Shown here piece after piece: positions 1 to 12,569 of a stretch of 64,000 nt of DNA. The notes under the pieces are model-generated. The model was given only the letters and a program-made list of their open reading frames with translations, ran no database searches and was not told the origin of the DNA. The translations under genes were made by a program, and so were the position numbers. Origin of the DNA: Basidiobolus meristosporus CBS 931.73. Taxonomy: Eukaryota > Fungi > Basidiobolomycota. The stretch covers positions 23,191-87,190 of the forward strand of contig MCFE01000364.1 of the NCBI GenBank assembly GCA_002104905.1, written 5' to 3'. Each line of letters starts with the position of its first letter. The stretch's first letter is position 1.

Positions 1-620
1 AAATACTGAGGACAAATGTGCACATGGAGACACCTATGCCTATGGCATTAAGAAGCTAAGCAGCACCAATGCATGGGTGATTGGTTAAGTAATGCAAAGT
101 TGGGATGGGTGCAACAAGCAACTAATTCTTTTCAGGAGAACTCTACCAAGATATGCCAGATTTCTCATGGTCACAATCCAACTTCTTCAACATTCAATAT
201 GGAACTCACACAAACAAAAGCCAGAGCACACCTAAAAAGGGGGACTAGTATTCAGCAGGGAGAAGAAATATATTGGCTGAATACCAACAAGTTCTTTGCA
301 GATATTCAGGAGGTATTCATGGCAGAAGTAGCAACAACCAAGCATATACTTCCAAGATGTATATGCTACCAGCAGTACAAGGTATATGGCAACTTTGCAA
401 GTATCACACTGAAACGCCGTACAGTTGAGGTGATAGAAGTACGTAAATTGTGGCAGGTGTGTGTGTTTGTAGAGGTTATATGTTGAATACCCAAGGTAGT
501 AGTGGGTAAGCAAATATAGAGGGGTGAGTCTGCAGTGGAATATATGAATTGCACAAGGGATGGTAGAAAAAGGAAATACCATTTGGTTAATTGGTATGGT
601 AGCATTATACAGAGCCAGTG
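1..620 (+). pseudogene. Degenerate 3' part of a CACTA/EnSpm transposase gene
   Basis: 1-330 aligns by eye with 56786-57110 (cacatggagacacctatgcctatggcattaagaagctaag is identical), which lies downstream of clear CACTA transposase motifs. Also similar to 29925-30250. Confidence 0.7.
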
Positions 621-1632
621 ATAGGCCATCATACTGCCAATATAATGCCATTTGAGTCTTGCAGTGATGACATTAGAATACTGTCAAGTTTCTTGCCATT
701 TAAGGCAATTGGATGTCCTGGACAGCTGGATCCACTTAAAAGAGTTAGAGAGCGCTGATAGATCACTAGAATATCATGCAAATATTGTCACAGCACCAAT
801 AAAATTATGTCAAGTTTTATCCCTTTATTTAGCTGTACAATTAGCAAAACACCATCAAGATCCCATTAAAGATTGTTAGGAGGGTCACTAATTCCAAGCT
901 GCAGTTATTGTGACGGTCTCTTAATGGGATCTTGATGGCTGATCTGTATTGGATCCACCTGTGGGACCAAATTATTTTTCATAGGGACTTTGGCCATGGT
1001 AGGAGTGATCTCTTGCCAGCTTTAAGATCTTGCCTCTGGTTTCTCATCATGTTTCTTGCCTTATAAGGCAAGTGGATGCCCTAGCCAATTGGATCCACTT
1101 AGTTAGCTATAGAGTGCTAAAAGACAGCAACAATGCCGTGCAAATATTGTCACAGCACCAATAAAATGTTGTCATATTTTATGCCTTTATTTGGTTGTAA
1201 AATTAGCAAAACACCGTCATGATCATGTCATAAGATTGTTAGGAGGGGCACTAATTCCAAGCTGCTGGTATTATGATAGTCTCTCAGTGGGAATCTGACA
1301 GCTGAACTATATTGGATTCACCTACAGGACCAAATTATTTTTCATAGGGTAATTGGTTTGGTGGTATCTTACAAAACTAGCTGTAGGCCACCATACTGCC
1401 ATAATAATGCTATGAGAGGCTTGCAATGAGGCCATCAAGATACTGTACAACCACCATCATGTTTTTAACTTTATTTGGCTGCAAAATTAGCCAAATGATG
1501 TTGTGATCCCATCATCTGATTGTGTGGATGGTCACTAATTCCAAGCCACTGATATTATTGCAGTCATCTAAGGGGATCTTGATGGCTGATCTGGATTTAT
1601 CCACCGGTGGGACCAAATTATTTTTTGTAGGT
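620..1632. repeat. About three imperfect ~360-bp tandem units, probably the CACTA subterminal region
   Basis: Blocks such as gcaaatattgtcacagcaccaataaaat, cactaattccaagc and ggaccaaattattttt recur at ~730-990, ~1090-1350 and ~1470-1632. A related block follows the CACTA copy at ~57460-57535. Confidence 0.65.
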
Positions 1633-1639
1633 ATATACA

Positions 1640-3400
1640 GCAAAACAAAAGTGGACCACTAGGTGCATATTGAAAAGGTCCTGAAGAAGCTAAGAGACAC
1701 AGCCTGGGAGACTGCCTTTCAGATGCTCAAGGTTGAACTTGCTAAGCTGCCAAGTTCAAGAATACCAGAATTCAGAAAAGAGCTTATTCTTTGCACTGAT
1801 GCTTCAAATTATGCTAATGGTGGAGTACTGAGCCAAGAACATGAGGGAAAGGACTACCCAGTTGCTTTTGATTCCAAGACACTGAACTCAGCGGAAAAAA
1901 GTGTCCAATGTATGAGAAGGAGATGCTTACTGTAGTACACAGCTTGAAGACCTGAAGAAGATACATTGAAGGAGTCAAGTGCTCTATGAAGACTGATTGT
2001 GACCCACCCATGTATATATTTACTCAGAGAGTATTATCCAGAAGTATGACAAGATGGAATAAATATATTTAGCAATTTGACTTAGTGTTTGTCTTTTGCC
2101 CAGGGAATAATATCACAGTTGCTGATGCCTTATCAGGACTGGACAAGTTGCACAACTCATTTGGTGCATGAATTAGTTTGGCCTAGCTTATTACCAGGGA
2201 ACTTGGAATACCAAGCCATCCTGATGATGTGAATGTAGAGATCCAGAGGATATTCCAAGATGAAGCCAGTAAACTTGTAGCATAGGATGAAACACTCTAC
2301 AAAGTGGCTGATGGAAGCCCCTTGCCATTGCCCTTATATTGCTTGCCTGAATTTAATACATATGCTACACAATTGATATGGACATCCTGAAATTGAAAAA
2401 TTTATTGCTCTGTGAAAGCCAGAGCATGGTGGCCCAGAATGAGACCAGATAATGAGAAGCTGGTCAAAACATGCCTAAACTGCTAAATCAACTTAGGCCT
2501 ACCACAGAGAATTGCTGAAGTCTTACCCCTGGAGCCGGTATGACCACTTGATAGATGGGGAATTAACCTTATTAGAAGACTGCCAGCCACCTGGAAATGC
2601 AACTGTTGGATCCCAGTAGCAATTGACCATGCCACTAAGTAGCCAGTTATTAAAGCTCTACCTGTTGCCAGTGAGCAAAAAGTTGCAAATTACATTTACC
2701 ATGAGATCTTTGTGAAGCTTGGATTCCCTGTAGCAGCTTCTTTGATAGAGGAGAAAACTTTATGGCAAAGACATTAGAAGCTTACCTGGAAATGCAGCAG
2801 ATCAAACACCTGAAAACCTTGGTATATCATCCTAGAACTAATGCAGTTACTGAACAGATTAATGGATTATATGGAAAATGCTTACAAAGTATGCAACTGG
2901 AACTGTTGGTAGAAGAGATGAGTATAAGAACAAGCACCTTTTGCCTGCAGAGCCAGAGTGCACAAAACCACCCAACAATTCCATTTTACTCAAGGAATGG
3001 ATGTGAACCAAGGGTTCCAGGATATCTCACTTGACCAAAGATTACAGACACCTTAGAAGATGAGCTCAACAAGCTAAGTACATACCCACAACTGGAACAA
3101 AGATGTCAAGAGGTACAAGCCAAAGTATTTCAAAGTGTAGAAAAGATGAGGTAGAGGCTTGATACAACTATATTGCCAGAAGCATTGACAATTTGGAGCT
3201 TTATATTGGCAAGAAAACACACTCAAGATAAGTATGCAATACAGTGGATAGAACCATTCAATAGCATCAGAGAACTGCTATTTACAGCTTACCAGCTAGT
3301 GGACAAACAAAGGAATATCTAGGCAAGTTTAGCTCATAGAGACAGACTCAGCTTGCAAGACTTGCCAATAATATTGAATCATCAAGATATGTATATTACA
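1640..3400 (+). mobile_element. Degenerate Ty3/Gypsy pol relic (RNase H and integrase), family B
   Basis: ORF 1663-1935 has ILCTDASNYANGGVLSQEHEGKDYPVAF (RT-RNase H). ORF 2762-3034 has LVYHPRTNAVTEQING (integrase core). Many stops. Confidence 0.85.
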
Positions 3401-3639
3401 AAAAGAGACTCAGGAGAACACTCCAACTTTAGTAGGTGAGACTGAAATGATCCACTGCTTGAATATTTAGCTTAGATCAGTAGTTAGTTAAATCAACTAG
3501 TCTTATGTTTAGTCTCCCAGTACTTCAGTGTTATCTACCAAATCAGTAGTGTTAGTCAGGAGATGAATCAGCAGACCCGTACCAGACTGAAATTGATATA
3601 TTATCCAGTCATCCTATATCAGAATTTCTTCCAGATTTC

Positions 3640-5400
3640 TCTGTGGCATTGCATCTTTTTTACTAGCTACTGCACCTAGCTGCCTCATTAGTTCCTTGGA
3701 ATAAGGTGACATGTACTTGCTAATATCAGTGGTGTCAATGTCTTGATTATTGTTTACTTGTCTCCCAACAGAGGCACTGCCTTAGCTATTTTTATTTGCA
3801 TGAGCATTATTGATGGCTAGCAGCTCTGCAGAGATTTTCCCCTACCTAATTAACTAAGGGCCTGAGGAGACCTCATTGCTACCTTGGGAGGCCCACTGTC
3901 AACTTGGCCTTTTTGTATGTAGCACTGCTTGCTGCACTGGATATCAGGGTGCACTATTAGCCATCAATTATTTTACTGCTCTCTGCAGTGTGGATTGGTT
4001 ATGAGCCAGTCAGATTTGCTTTATTTTTGGTGGCACATAAACAGAGGTTTGTCAAATCATAGGGGATAAAGTGTTGCCTATATGTGCTACCATGGTGCAA
4101 CAGCTTTATTTTTAGTGCATACCATAGTAGGTCATCATTGAATATTACCTTCATTTAGGTATAGTGCTTCAAATACAAGACTGTCTCAAATTCAAATGAA
4201 TATCAACAAAAAGATGCAACAATACTATAATTTTATTAGATATCAGGCTGTTTGCCCAATATTCCAGTCTACATTGATGCAATGTAAAACAGAAGAGAAA
4301 CATGTATGTTGCAGTTATAGTAAGCCTCCCAGCAACAAAGCATGCAAACTTCATATGAAGTATTAACAAGATCATGGCCAGTGTTTTGCAACACAAGTCT
4401 GACTTAGGCATTTGACAGTGGCTACATTACCAAAAAAATCTGGCTGGCCACTCTGTATTTTTGGAATTACCTCTGACTTGTCATCTCAAAAATGTTATAA
4501 ACTTTTTAGTGTTGACCTTAAATTTTTGTATTTTAATTCAAAATTTCATGTTAGATAATCCTCAATAGATTTTGGCCTAACTTTGAGACATCAAACATTA
4601 CTACACTCTCTCAAAAATCAAAGCTCTTGCAACTAGCCATGCATTATAAAATGTATAAACACAGGGTAGATTATCATTATGCTCCAGAATTAAAACTCAA
4701 GCAGATATCTAATTTTTAAGCAGTGTCTTTGAACCTCAATATAGAAATCTATATGCCCTGAAGCACCGATATGTGGTAAGGCTTGCTGATGAATTGTGAG
4801 CTTGCCTCCCCTCACAATAATGCTCTGCACAAAACCTGCTAGATCCCATTGTGCAATGAGATAACAGTGATAGAAAACTGCCAAGGATACTCCATGAAGT
4901 CAAATGATCCACATATACAATATGGTAGTGAATGATGAAATCTAATAGCTGAAGGAGTGATATGTTTCTAGTAATGTCTGCAATGGGTACCTTGGGAGCT
5001 TTATGCTACTGCATCCTAATATTACTCTTGGATGTTGCTTATCATATTCAAGCTACAAGTCAAAGACTGTACTATATTTGACAACATGAAACCCAAAGAC
5101 TGACCTAATACCAGCATGCTTCAACAGTTATATTCATTCACAGCAGACATTGCCACCATTGCCAGATATGCAATTGTCTGGATTTCACAATAATAGAAAG
5201 AAAACATTCTTAGCACTCTGTGTATGTTCCAATAGTACCCCACTTAAGAAAGCTCATGCAGTCCAAAAGTTATGGTAGCTCTGTAATATACTGCCCTTGG
5301 TATTAGATAACTACTAACAGTTTGAATATATCTGATGATAAGCAAAACAGACTACTAATGTTACAAGTCTTTTTATATGTGTTATAGAGGAATAAGGAGT
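3640..5400 (+). mobile_element. Degenerate CACTA relic (start of second ORF and 5' part of transposase), with unassigned DNA at ~4410-4860
   Basis: Same-orientation similarity by eye: 3820-4030 to 53160-53360, 4140-4400 to 53500-53740, and 4860-5350 to 54000-54210 and 55260-55560. Confidence 0.65.
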
Positions 5401-5797
5401 TTAGCCAGCATTGTATTCATGATGACTTAGGCAACTAGTGCTTGGTATCTGTTCTCATCCCATCTACTAACAGCTCCAACTGAGTATAAGATCAGCATTT
5501 TTGAGATAGTCCATTAAACCACTCTGTGACTCTTTAAGCTCTGGGGTGATATGCCAATGCTGTCAAATGTGTCATCTGTTGCACTTCCAGGTAAGCATAT
5601 AACATCTTTGCTGTGCTCTTTGCTTTTCTATCAGATAAGGCTTCCATAGAGCATCTAAGCTTCATTGGGATCTTATGGTAGATTAAACTTGCAACGTCCT
5701 GCTCACTTGCTATTAGTGCAACTTTGGCAACCGGCCATTTAGTGTCATGGTCAATATCTACTAAGATCTACCAGTAACACTTCCTAGTAGTAGATAG

Positions 5798-6184
5798 TGT
5801 GGGTTATTACTGACTGTACTTGGTGAGTGGGAGAGCTTGTAGGTCAAGTCAGTACCACTTGGTTCAGAATAGCTTCCGATAGAAGGTAGCAAGGTAATAA
5901 AGACTTCTGTTTATTTTGTCCAAATCTTGTTGTTCTTCCTGGTTCACTTGGGTAGATATATATATCACTTGGGGGGGCTTAGACAATAGACAATGTGTTA
6001 TAAAATAGGGGTGTGAACACCTTCCTGTTATGGTAAGTGTTCTAACTAGATAAGGGCAGGGATAGGAGGGGAGGACACGTGGGGGAATCATAGGGAGGGT
6101 ACTGGAGGACTTCGGGTAGGACTCTGGAGGGAACTCTTGGGAGAACTCTTGGGCGAAGAGTGGGTACTACATTGAGTACTCACA
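5798..6184 (-). repeat. 3' LTR of Gypsy A copy 1
   Basis: 387 bp with 4 differences from 12183-12569 by eye, all transitions, two at CpG. TATA-like TATATATA and AATAAA on the minus strand. Confidence 0.97.
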
Positions 6185-6228
6185 TATCCCGGGGGTTAAG
6201 TGGGAGCTTTGTCCTTGAAGTTCTTTGA

Positions 6229-7398
6229 CTAACTCGCTTCTCCAGGATCAATTTTGTTTACGGAGCATGGGGAGTCACCGTAGTACCATTGCTGGTTGTC
6301 ACTCGCGAGGGGATCGCGGGCAAGTACCTGATACCATTTGGCGGCAGAGTGGGGTGCGGCCTGTGTTGCTTGAGGGATGTTTTCCACAGAGCCAAATAGT
6401 TGGCAAACCATAGGGTTCTGGGTAAGTTCCTCGGGAGGGTCGGAGAACGAGAAAAGGTGCAATAGCGCAATAAAGTCTTGCTTCTTTATCTTGCAAACGT
6501 TATCGGGGCTTGTCCTTTTTGTGTTCAATATGACGGCGGGGGACCTTTTGAAGAGGGCGTACACTCGGTCGGCAGTCACCCATTGTCGATAACGAGTTTT
6601 TGCTTCTTCCGAGACATATTGTAGTTCTTCCGTAGAAACTGTGGCGCGATCGAGGCGCTTTTGTACTCGCCTCATGGTTTCTACAGAATCCGCGGCAGTT
6701 TCTTCGGCTTCTTGGAGTTGGACTTTGTACTGATTCCTGAGTTGTCCTATGGTAAACCACTGTAATAGTTGTAACACAGCAACTTGGTGGATTGCATGGG
6801 TTAACTGGCCGGTGTATTTAATCCGTTCGCGTATCTTCTCTAAGATGGTTCCTTCTTGGAAATGCGGTTCGAGATGTTTGCGAATTTCTCGGAGGAGTCC
6901 TTTGATCGGGAGTTCTACTTCTGGTGCTCTTACAGCTTGTACCAGGTCTGCGTATACCTCAACAACCGTGGTACCTATTAATGGCAAGTATGCAACAAAA
7001 CAGGGGGGCTCTCAAGGTCTTGTGAGGGCATGACAGTTGATTCCTTGTGTCTTCTGTCTGACTGTGTCCAGTATGGATACGGGAATCAGCGCGGCGTCCT
7101 TCTCCTTAATGATCAAGGAACCTCCTCTTAGGTGGTACACGGTCTTCTTGGGTAGTATCTCCATGCTTTGTATTGGCGTGGGTAACTTGTCTTGTCCCTC
7201 TCTGATCGTGTCTCGTATTAGCGTGACTGCTCCGGCAAACGACTCTTCATAGGTGGCTCTCGTTGTACGTAACGCTTGTACCATATCTCTTAACACTTGC
7301 AGGTTGGTTTTGTTTTTGATATCATCTTGGTTCTTGCTAGTGAGAGGGGTATTGCCAGTTTTGGGTGAACTGTTTCCTTCGGCACTTTCCATATGCAT
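6229..7398 (-). pseudogene. Extra ORF3 of Gypsy A (~390 codons, function unknown), with one in-frame TGA at 7012-7014
   Basis: Track ORFs 7012-7422 and 6229-6987 are in the same frame, separated only by a TGA. The ATG at 7398 is also present in copy 2. The ORF ends 44 bp before the 3' LTR. Confidence 0.8.
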
Positions 7399-7527
7399 TC
7401 TTTTGTTCTCCCCTTTGGGCAAACTCCCTCGCGCATATTATTTGTACCTATATCGACTAAAATCTCCTCTAATAAACTTCGAATGTATCCCGTGTCTTCC
7501 TCTATCCTTATCCTGATAATCATTTAA

Positions 7528-10500
7528 TCACACTTCGGTCTCAGTGATGATCGGTGGATCATCATGAAACGGTTTCAGATGGGCTAGCGCTACGTTGCTG
7601 ATTGTCTTATTATTCAGGGTGATGGTGTACTTTGGTCCGTGGTCTGAACTGATAACGGTGCATGGGCCAATCCATCGGGGTGTAAATTGTGGGCGGAACT
7701 TGAGGCCTGCAACGGTTTGGTCGTACCACACCTTATTGCCTGGTTTCCACTTTCATCTCGTTATTTTCTCATTTTTGGGTGGAGGGGGAAGGTGCTTGTC
7801 AACATTTTTGAATACTTTTATGTATAGGTGGGCGATACGGTGTATCAACCTTTCTATATAGTTGTTATGTGTCATCAGGGGGACACCTTCCATCGTCAAT
7901 CCAGCTTCCTCCCGCCACTTGGGTCTTCGTCCATATAGGATTTCATATGGGGAGAAACCCGTCGTTTTATTCGGTGTGGTGCGCATTGCTAGGAGTGTCA
8001 GTGGGAGCAGCTCAGCCCATGATTGGGGAAGTTCCCAGTGAAGCTTCTCTAGTATGCGGCAACACGTCTGGTTCATCCTCTTGGTTAATCCGTTAGTCTG
8101 GGGGTGATACGCGGCCGTGAAGACTTGTTTCACGCCCATCATTTCGCACAGGTGGGCCACGGTGTCGTTCAGGAAGGAACCACCATTGTCGGACAGGAGT
8201 ATCTGAGGATATCCGTGTTGGCAGATGAGGTGTTCTAGAATGAATTGGGCGGTTGTCTTCTGATCTTTATTGCGGACGGCTTGGGCTTCTACCCACTTTG
8301 AGAAATAATTGGTAGCGATTATTATGTATGGTTCTCCTTTCTTTGTTTTCATAAAGGGGCCAACAAAGTCGATCCCTACTTGGTGGAAGGGCAGGTCAAC
8401 CGGTATTGGTGCGGTTGTCCCTATCTTCTGACTCCGGTTGAATCTTTCGCAAGTGGTGCATCTTTGTAACGTATTTGTAACGTCGGTCATCATTTTTTGC
8501 CAATAAAACGTTTTTCTTAACATCTTATATGTTGTTAGGGGGTTAGCGTGTCCTAATGACATATGTCTTTCTTGTATGATTTCTTCACGGGCTGCTAGTG
8601 GGGGTACCTTGGCTCTGGACTGTCCTTGGAGGAACCATAGTCGATTTTCTTGTACTTTGTACTGACACCATTTCCTTCGAAATTCTCTCTTCTGTTTGTT
8701 TGTAACGACGTGTTTGGGATACCTCCCTTTCTTTTTAAAGCAGATTACGTCCTCGTACTCATCACTGACACGTATTTGGCAAACGGGATAGCGACTGAGG
8801 AAGTCTGCGTCCTGGTGTTTCTTGCCAGCGCGGTGAATTATTTCAAGGTCGTATTGCTGTAGTCGTAGGGCCCAACGTGCTAGTCGGCCGGTAAAGTCTT
8901 TAGTTTTCATCAGCCAGACCAGTGCGCTGTGGTCCGTTACTATTGTGAATCGGCGACCATGTATGTATGTATGGAATTGTTTAATTGAATAAACAACAGC
9001 CAGACATTCTATCTCGGTAACGGGGTAGTGGCGTTTGTGTTTGTTTAGCAAACGGCGCACGTAACCAATTGGGTGGAATTCGCCGGGTTGGTGGTATTGT
9101 CCCAGTACGGCGCCTATACCGGTGAGGCTTCCATCACAGTTAATAAAAAATCTTGCATCCCAATTGGGAGATCGTAACACTGGCGGTGACGTCAGGGAAT
9201 GTTTCAGCTGATTGAATGCTCTCTTTTGAGGCTCCGACCATACAAAACACTGGCCCTTTTGCGTCAATTTGTATAGGGGGGCTGCTATCGTCGAAAAGTT
9301 TTTGACAAAGCGGCGATAGTAGCCGGCTAATCCTAGGAATCCCAACACTGCATTAATGTCCTTTGGTGCAGGTGCATTTTGAACGGCTTTCAGGAGTGAC
9401 GTAGATGGGTATATTCCATCTGCCAAGATCTCGTGGCCCAGGAACAACAATTTCGTATACAGGAAATGGCACTTCTTGGGATGCAGTTTGAGTTGGTTCT
9501 CAAGGAGGGCTGTCAGGATACGTTGCACGTTGTGTATATGTTCTTCTACATTGGGGGAATATATCGTGATGTTGTCCAGATACACGAGGCCGCATTCCCA
9601 TCGTAGATTTCCTAGCACCTTGTCGATCATCCTTTGGAACGTGGCGGGGGCATTGCACAAGCCAAAGGGTAGTTGGTTCCATTTGTATAATCCAAACAAT
9701 GTTATAAAAGCGGTTTTGGGTCGATCTTCCGGGGCTACTTCTACTTGCCAATACCCGGAGATTAAGTCAAGAGAGCTAAAATATTTAGCTCCAATTAATC
9801 TGTCCAAGAGGTCGTCTATTCGCGGTAGCGGATACACGTCCTTCCGGGTGACGGCGTTCAATTTCCGGTGGTCAATGCAAAAGCGTCACTTTCCGTCTTT
9901 CTTTGGGACTATCACTACGGGGGAGGCCCACGGAGACTGGCTCTCTGTAATGATGTTGTCTTTTAATAAAGTTTCAATCGTCTCTTTGATAGTCTGTGTC
10001 AATTTTTGAATTCCTATAGGCTTTTTGCTTGATGGGGTATTTGTCGGCGAGGTGGATTTGGTGATATACCCCAGGTATATGACCAATTACTTGGTTCTTA
10101 GAGAATACTCGGGCAAGCGGACGTATTCCTTCTAGGAATTTGTCTTGTAACGTAGGCGGTAGACCGGGGTCCACATCTAGTTCGGGGAGTTCTTCTTCTG
10201 GTTCTTCGTTTGGAGGTGGTCCTTGGTCGTTTCCGTTGACTTCCTCTAAGTTTAACAATGGCACTCCTCTAGGCAATGTCACCGTGTGTCGCCTGTTGTT
10301 AACCACTAAGCATTTCAGGCTTTGCGTTTCAAATTTTGGTGGTATCCATACTTTAGGGATCAAGATTCCTTCCAGTTGCTTGGATGCTTTTGCTGCGGTT
10401 ATCATTCTTCCGCTTGTTGAATAAGCTATTGGTGTTTCTAATGAGATCACCGTCTCACTGGCGGGTGGTATTTTTATCACCTTTTGTGTGATGATCGGAG

Positions 10501-11368
10501 ACTGCGACGGTTTCACCTCTTCGATTGTCACACTGTTGCTACGCGCCTTGCTCTCATCGGTGATATGAATCAGTGGGATACTCTTGGTATCCCACCTGAG
10601 TTCAGATGCACTGTAAAGTATATCCATCTTATGTTGGATAAACCAACTCTCGCCAATGAGTAAGTCGTTGGCTGCGACGGGTAGGACCACGACATCATGG
10701 CGTATTATCAAGTTGCCTAGCCAAATGGGGCAATTAGGCACCACACCTACCGTTGTATCCAGTTGGTCATTTGCTAGCCGTACTCGAATGGTGTTGTTGG
10801 GGACTATATTTAGTTTTAGACGTTTCGCTAATGACTCTGACATGATCAACGTAGAGGATCCTGTGTCGATAAGGGCGAGAATCTCCTTATTCTCTATACG
10901 TACCTTTACGTATGTACCTTTATTTGGTTTTTGCAGGACCGTCTGGTTGACATGGAGGGTCGTTATCTCCTTCAATCCCTCTATCAGTTCCTTGACTAGA
11001 GCCGGGGCCAGTCCCAGTAAATTGGTTATTGGGAGGGTTGCCTTGGTTTGCTCTAGTACCTTCATTATGGGGAATAGGCCATGGGAAGACGTGCTAGCGT
11101 TCTTCGTTCGCTTTAACACTTCTTCCCAAGGTTCATTCCGTACTTCTTCACCTAATTCCGCGCTCTTTCCTTTTGACAGAACCTCTACTACAGGTTCCTT
11201 TGCCTCCTCTCTAGAAGCATCATGTCGACGCTTCTTCTTCCGCACTTTGATTGTCCTGACCGGAGGGCATAGATTGACTGAGTCCCGTTGGCCTCCTGGC
11301 GAGGGACTCTGTCTTTTGACGCCTTCTTCTCTTTTGTGTCTGGTACGGCTTCTCTTCCGTACCGTTTT
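7528..11368 (-). pseudogene. pol: Gypsy A pol (aspartic protease, RT, RNase H, integrase), disrupted
   Basis: Motifs: LIDTGSS (PR); PWASPVVIVPK, LDLISGYWQ and YLDN (RT); FINCDGS (RH); HMSLGH..C..C, GIDFVGP, SDNG and AYHPQTNG (IN); FTPRWIGP tail. Lesions: 2-bp deletion near 9990 relative to copy 2, and in-frame TGA at 9886-9888 and 7753-7755. Confidence 0.95.
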
Positions 11369-12141
11369 TCACATTCATGGGCCCGGTGACCTACTTCTCC
11401 ACACACATAACACGGATACTGTCGTCGCGGTCGTTCCATCTGTTGGGTCAGGACTTGAACCTGGGCCTTTAGATCTACAACAGCTTCCCAGAGTTTATCA
11501 CCTTCTTTGGGGACTTCTTGGACATTGTTGATTGAGAGTTCTTGGACCTTTCGCCGTAATTCCTCTAACTCACGGTCTTTCGGGGAGGCAATTTTTCCTT
11601 TCTTACGGGGGATCCCTGTCCTTCAATCATTTGTATCACTATAGGGTAGCCCCCATAGCAAGATGACCCCTCATACTCATTTGACCAACTCTTGCAACGT
11701 TTTACATCCCTGTTGTTCTTTGGACGCCCTACGTCTTATTTCATCGTCTAAGCCCATGATGTAAAACCTCATGAGCTGTCGTTTGGCGATTTTGTCCTTC
11801 GGGAGACATCAAACTCGTTGGAGAAACAGTTCAGTGTAGGCTTCATAGCTTTCGCTGCTTTTCTTCCGCAAGGACAGTAGAAGGGCTTTGTAGTGGTATC
11901 CTTCGGCATATAGAAAGCATGTCTTGTAGGCTTCTTCTAGTGCATCCCAGTCGTCTTTGACTGCGTCTTCCAACCCATAATGCCATCGCCATGCTGACCC
12001 TTCCATATGTCTTGCAAACTCTCTTACTTTCTTATTGTCGTCCCATCCTGCATCAACCCCAACTCTCTCAAACTTATCGAACCACTCAAGGGCTTTCTCT
12101 CCCTTTCCCTTGTATGTCTTTAGTTTGATTGTAGTAGTCAT
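11188..12141 (-). pseudogene. gag: Gypsy A gag with CCHC zinc knuckle
   Basis: Retrotransposon gag-like N-terminus (LEWFDKFERV...SAWRWH). CYVCGEVGHRAHEC lies in the same frame. Several in-frame TGA codons lie between. Confidence 0.9.
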
Positions 12142-12161
12142 TACCTCACTTGTGCTTATTT

Positions 12162-12178
12162 CCGCAGAGACAGCACCA
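12162..12178 (-). promoter_or_regulatory. Primer-binding site of Gypsy A (TGGTGCTGTCTCTGCGG)
   Basis: Starts with TGG 4 nt after the 5' LTR, and nearly identical in copy 2. Cognate tRNA not assigned. Confidence 0.8.
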
Positions 12179-12182
12179 AATA

Positions 12183-12569
12183 TGTGGGTTATTACTGACT
12201 GTACTTGGTGAGTGGGAGAGCTTGTAGGTCAAGTCAGTACCACTTGGTTCAGAATAGCTTCCAATAGAAGGTAGCAAGGTAATAAAGACTTCTGTTTATT
12301 TTGTCCAAATCTCGTTGTTCTTCCTGGTTCATTTGGGTAGATATATATATCACTTGGGGGGGCTTAGACAATAGACAATGTGTTATAAAATAGGGGTGTG
12401 AACACCTTCCTGTTATGGTAAGTGTTCTAACTAGATAAGGGCAGGGATAGGAGGGGAGGACACGTGGGGGAATCATAGGGAGGGTACTGGAGGACTTCGG
12501 GTAGGACTCTGGAGGGAACTCTTGGGAGAACTCTTGGGCGAAGAGTGGGTATTACATTGAGTACTCACA
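12183..12569 (-). repeat. 5' LTR of Gypsy A copy 1
   Basis: Direct repeat of 5798-6184, with adjacent PBS. Confidence 0.97.

Larger units (their letters stand above)
5798..12569 (-). mobile_element. Near-intact Ty3/Gypsy LTR retrotransposon, family A copy 1
   Basis: Direct 387-bp LTRs (TG..CA) and 5-bp TSD GATAG at 5793-5797 and 12570-12574. PBS present. Order gag-PR-RT-RH-IN, then an extra ORF. Confidence 0.97.

Noticed and set aside
5864-6091. 75-aa ORF repeated at 12249-12476
   Set aside because: Lies wholly inside the LTR, so the duplication is explained. Not maintained in the copy 2 LTRs.
7012-7014. Shared TGA in ORF3 as programmed readthrough or selenocysteine
   Set aside because: It sits in a TCGA-derived context like the many other CGA-to-TGA stops in gag and pol. 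Copy 2 has lost nearly all such sites, so sharing is expected by chance.
6377-7516. Chain of in-frame plus-strand ORFs opposite ORF3
   Set aside because: Several stops and composition typical of a shadow frame. The minus-strand frame has a single CpG-type stop and is the more parsimonious gene.
10656-11531. 291-aa plus-strand ORF (also 9476-10009, 10140-10424, 43980-44420 and 45819-46202)
   Set aside because: Antisense shadows of gag/pol. Ser/Thr/Leu-rich, no motifs, and broken differently in the two copies.
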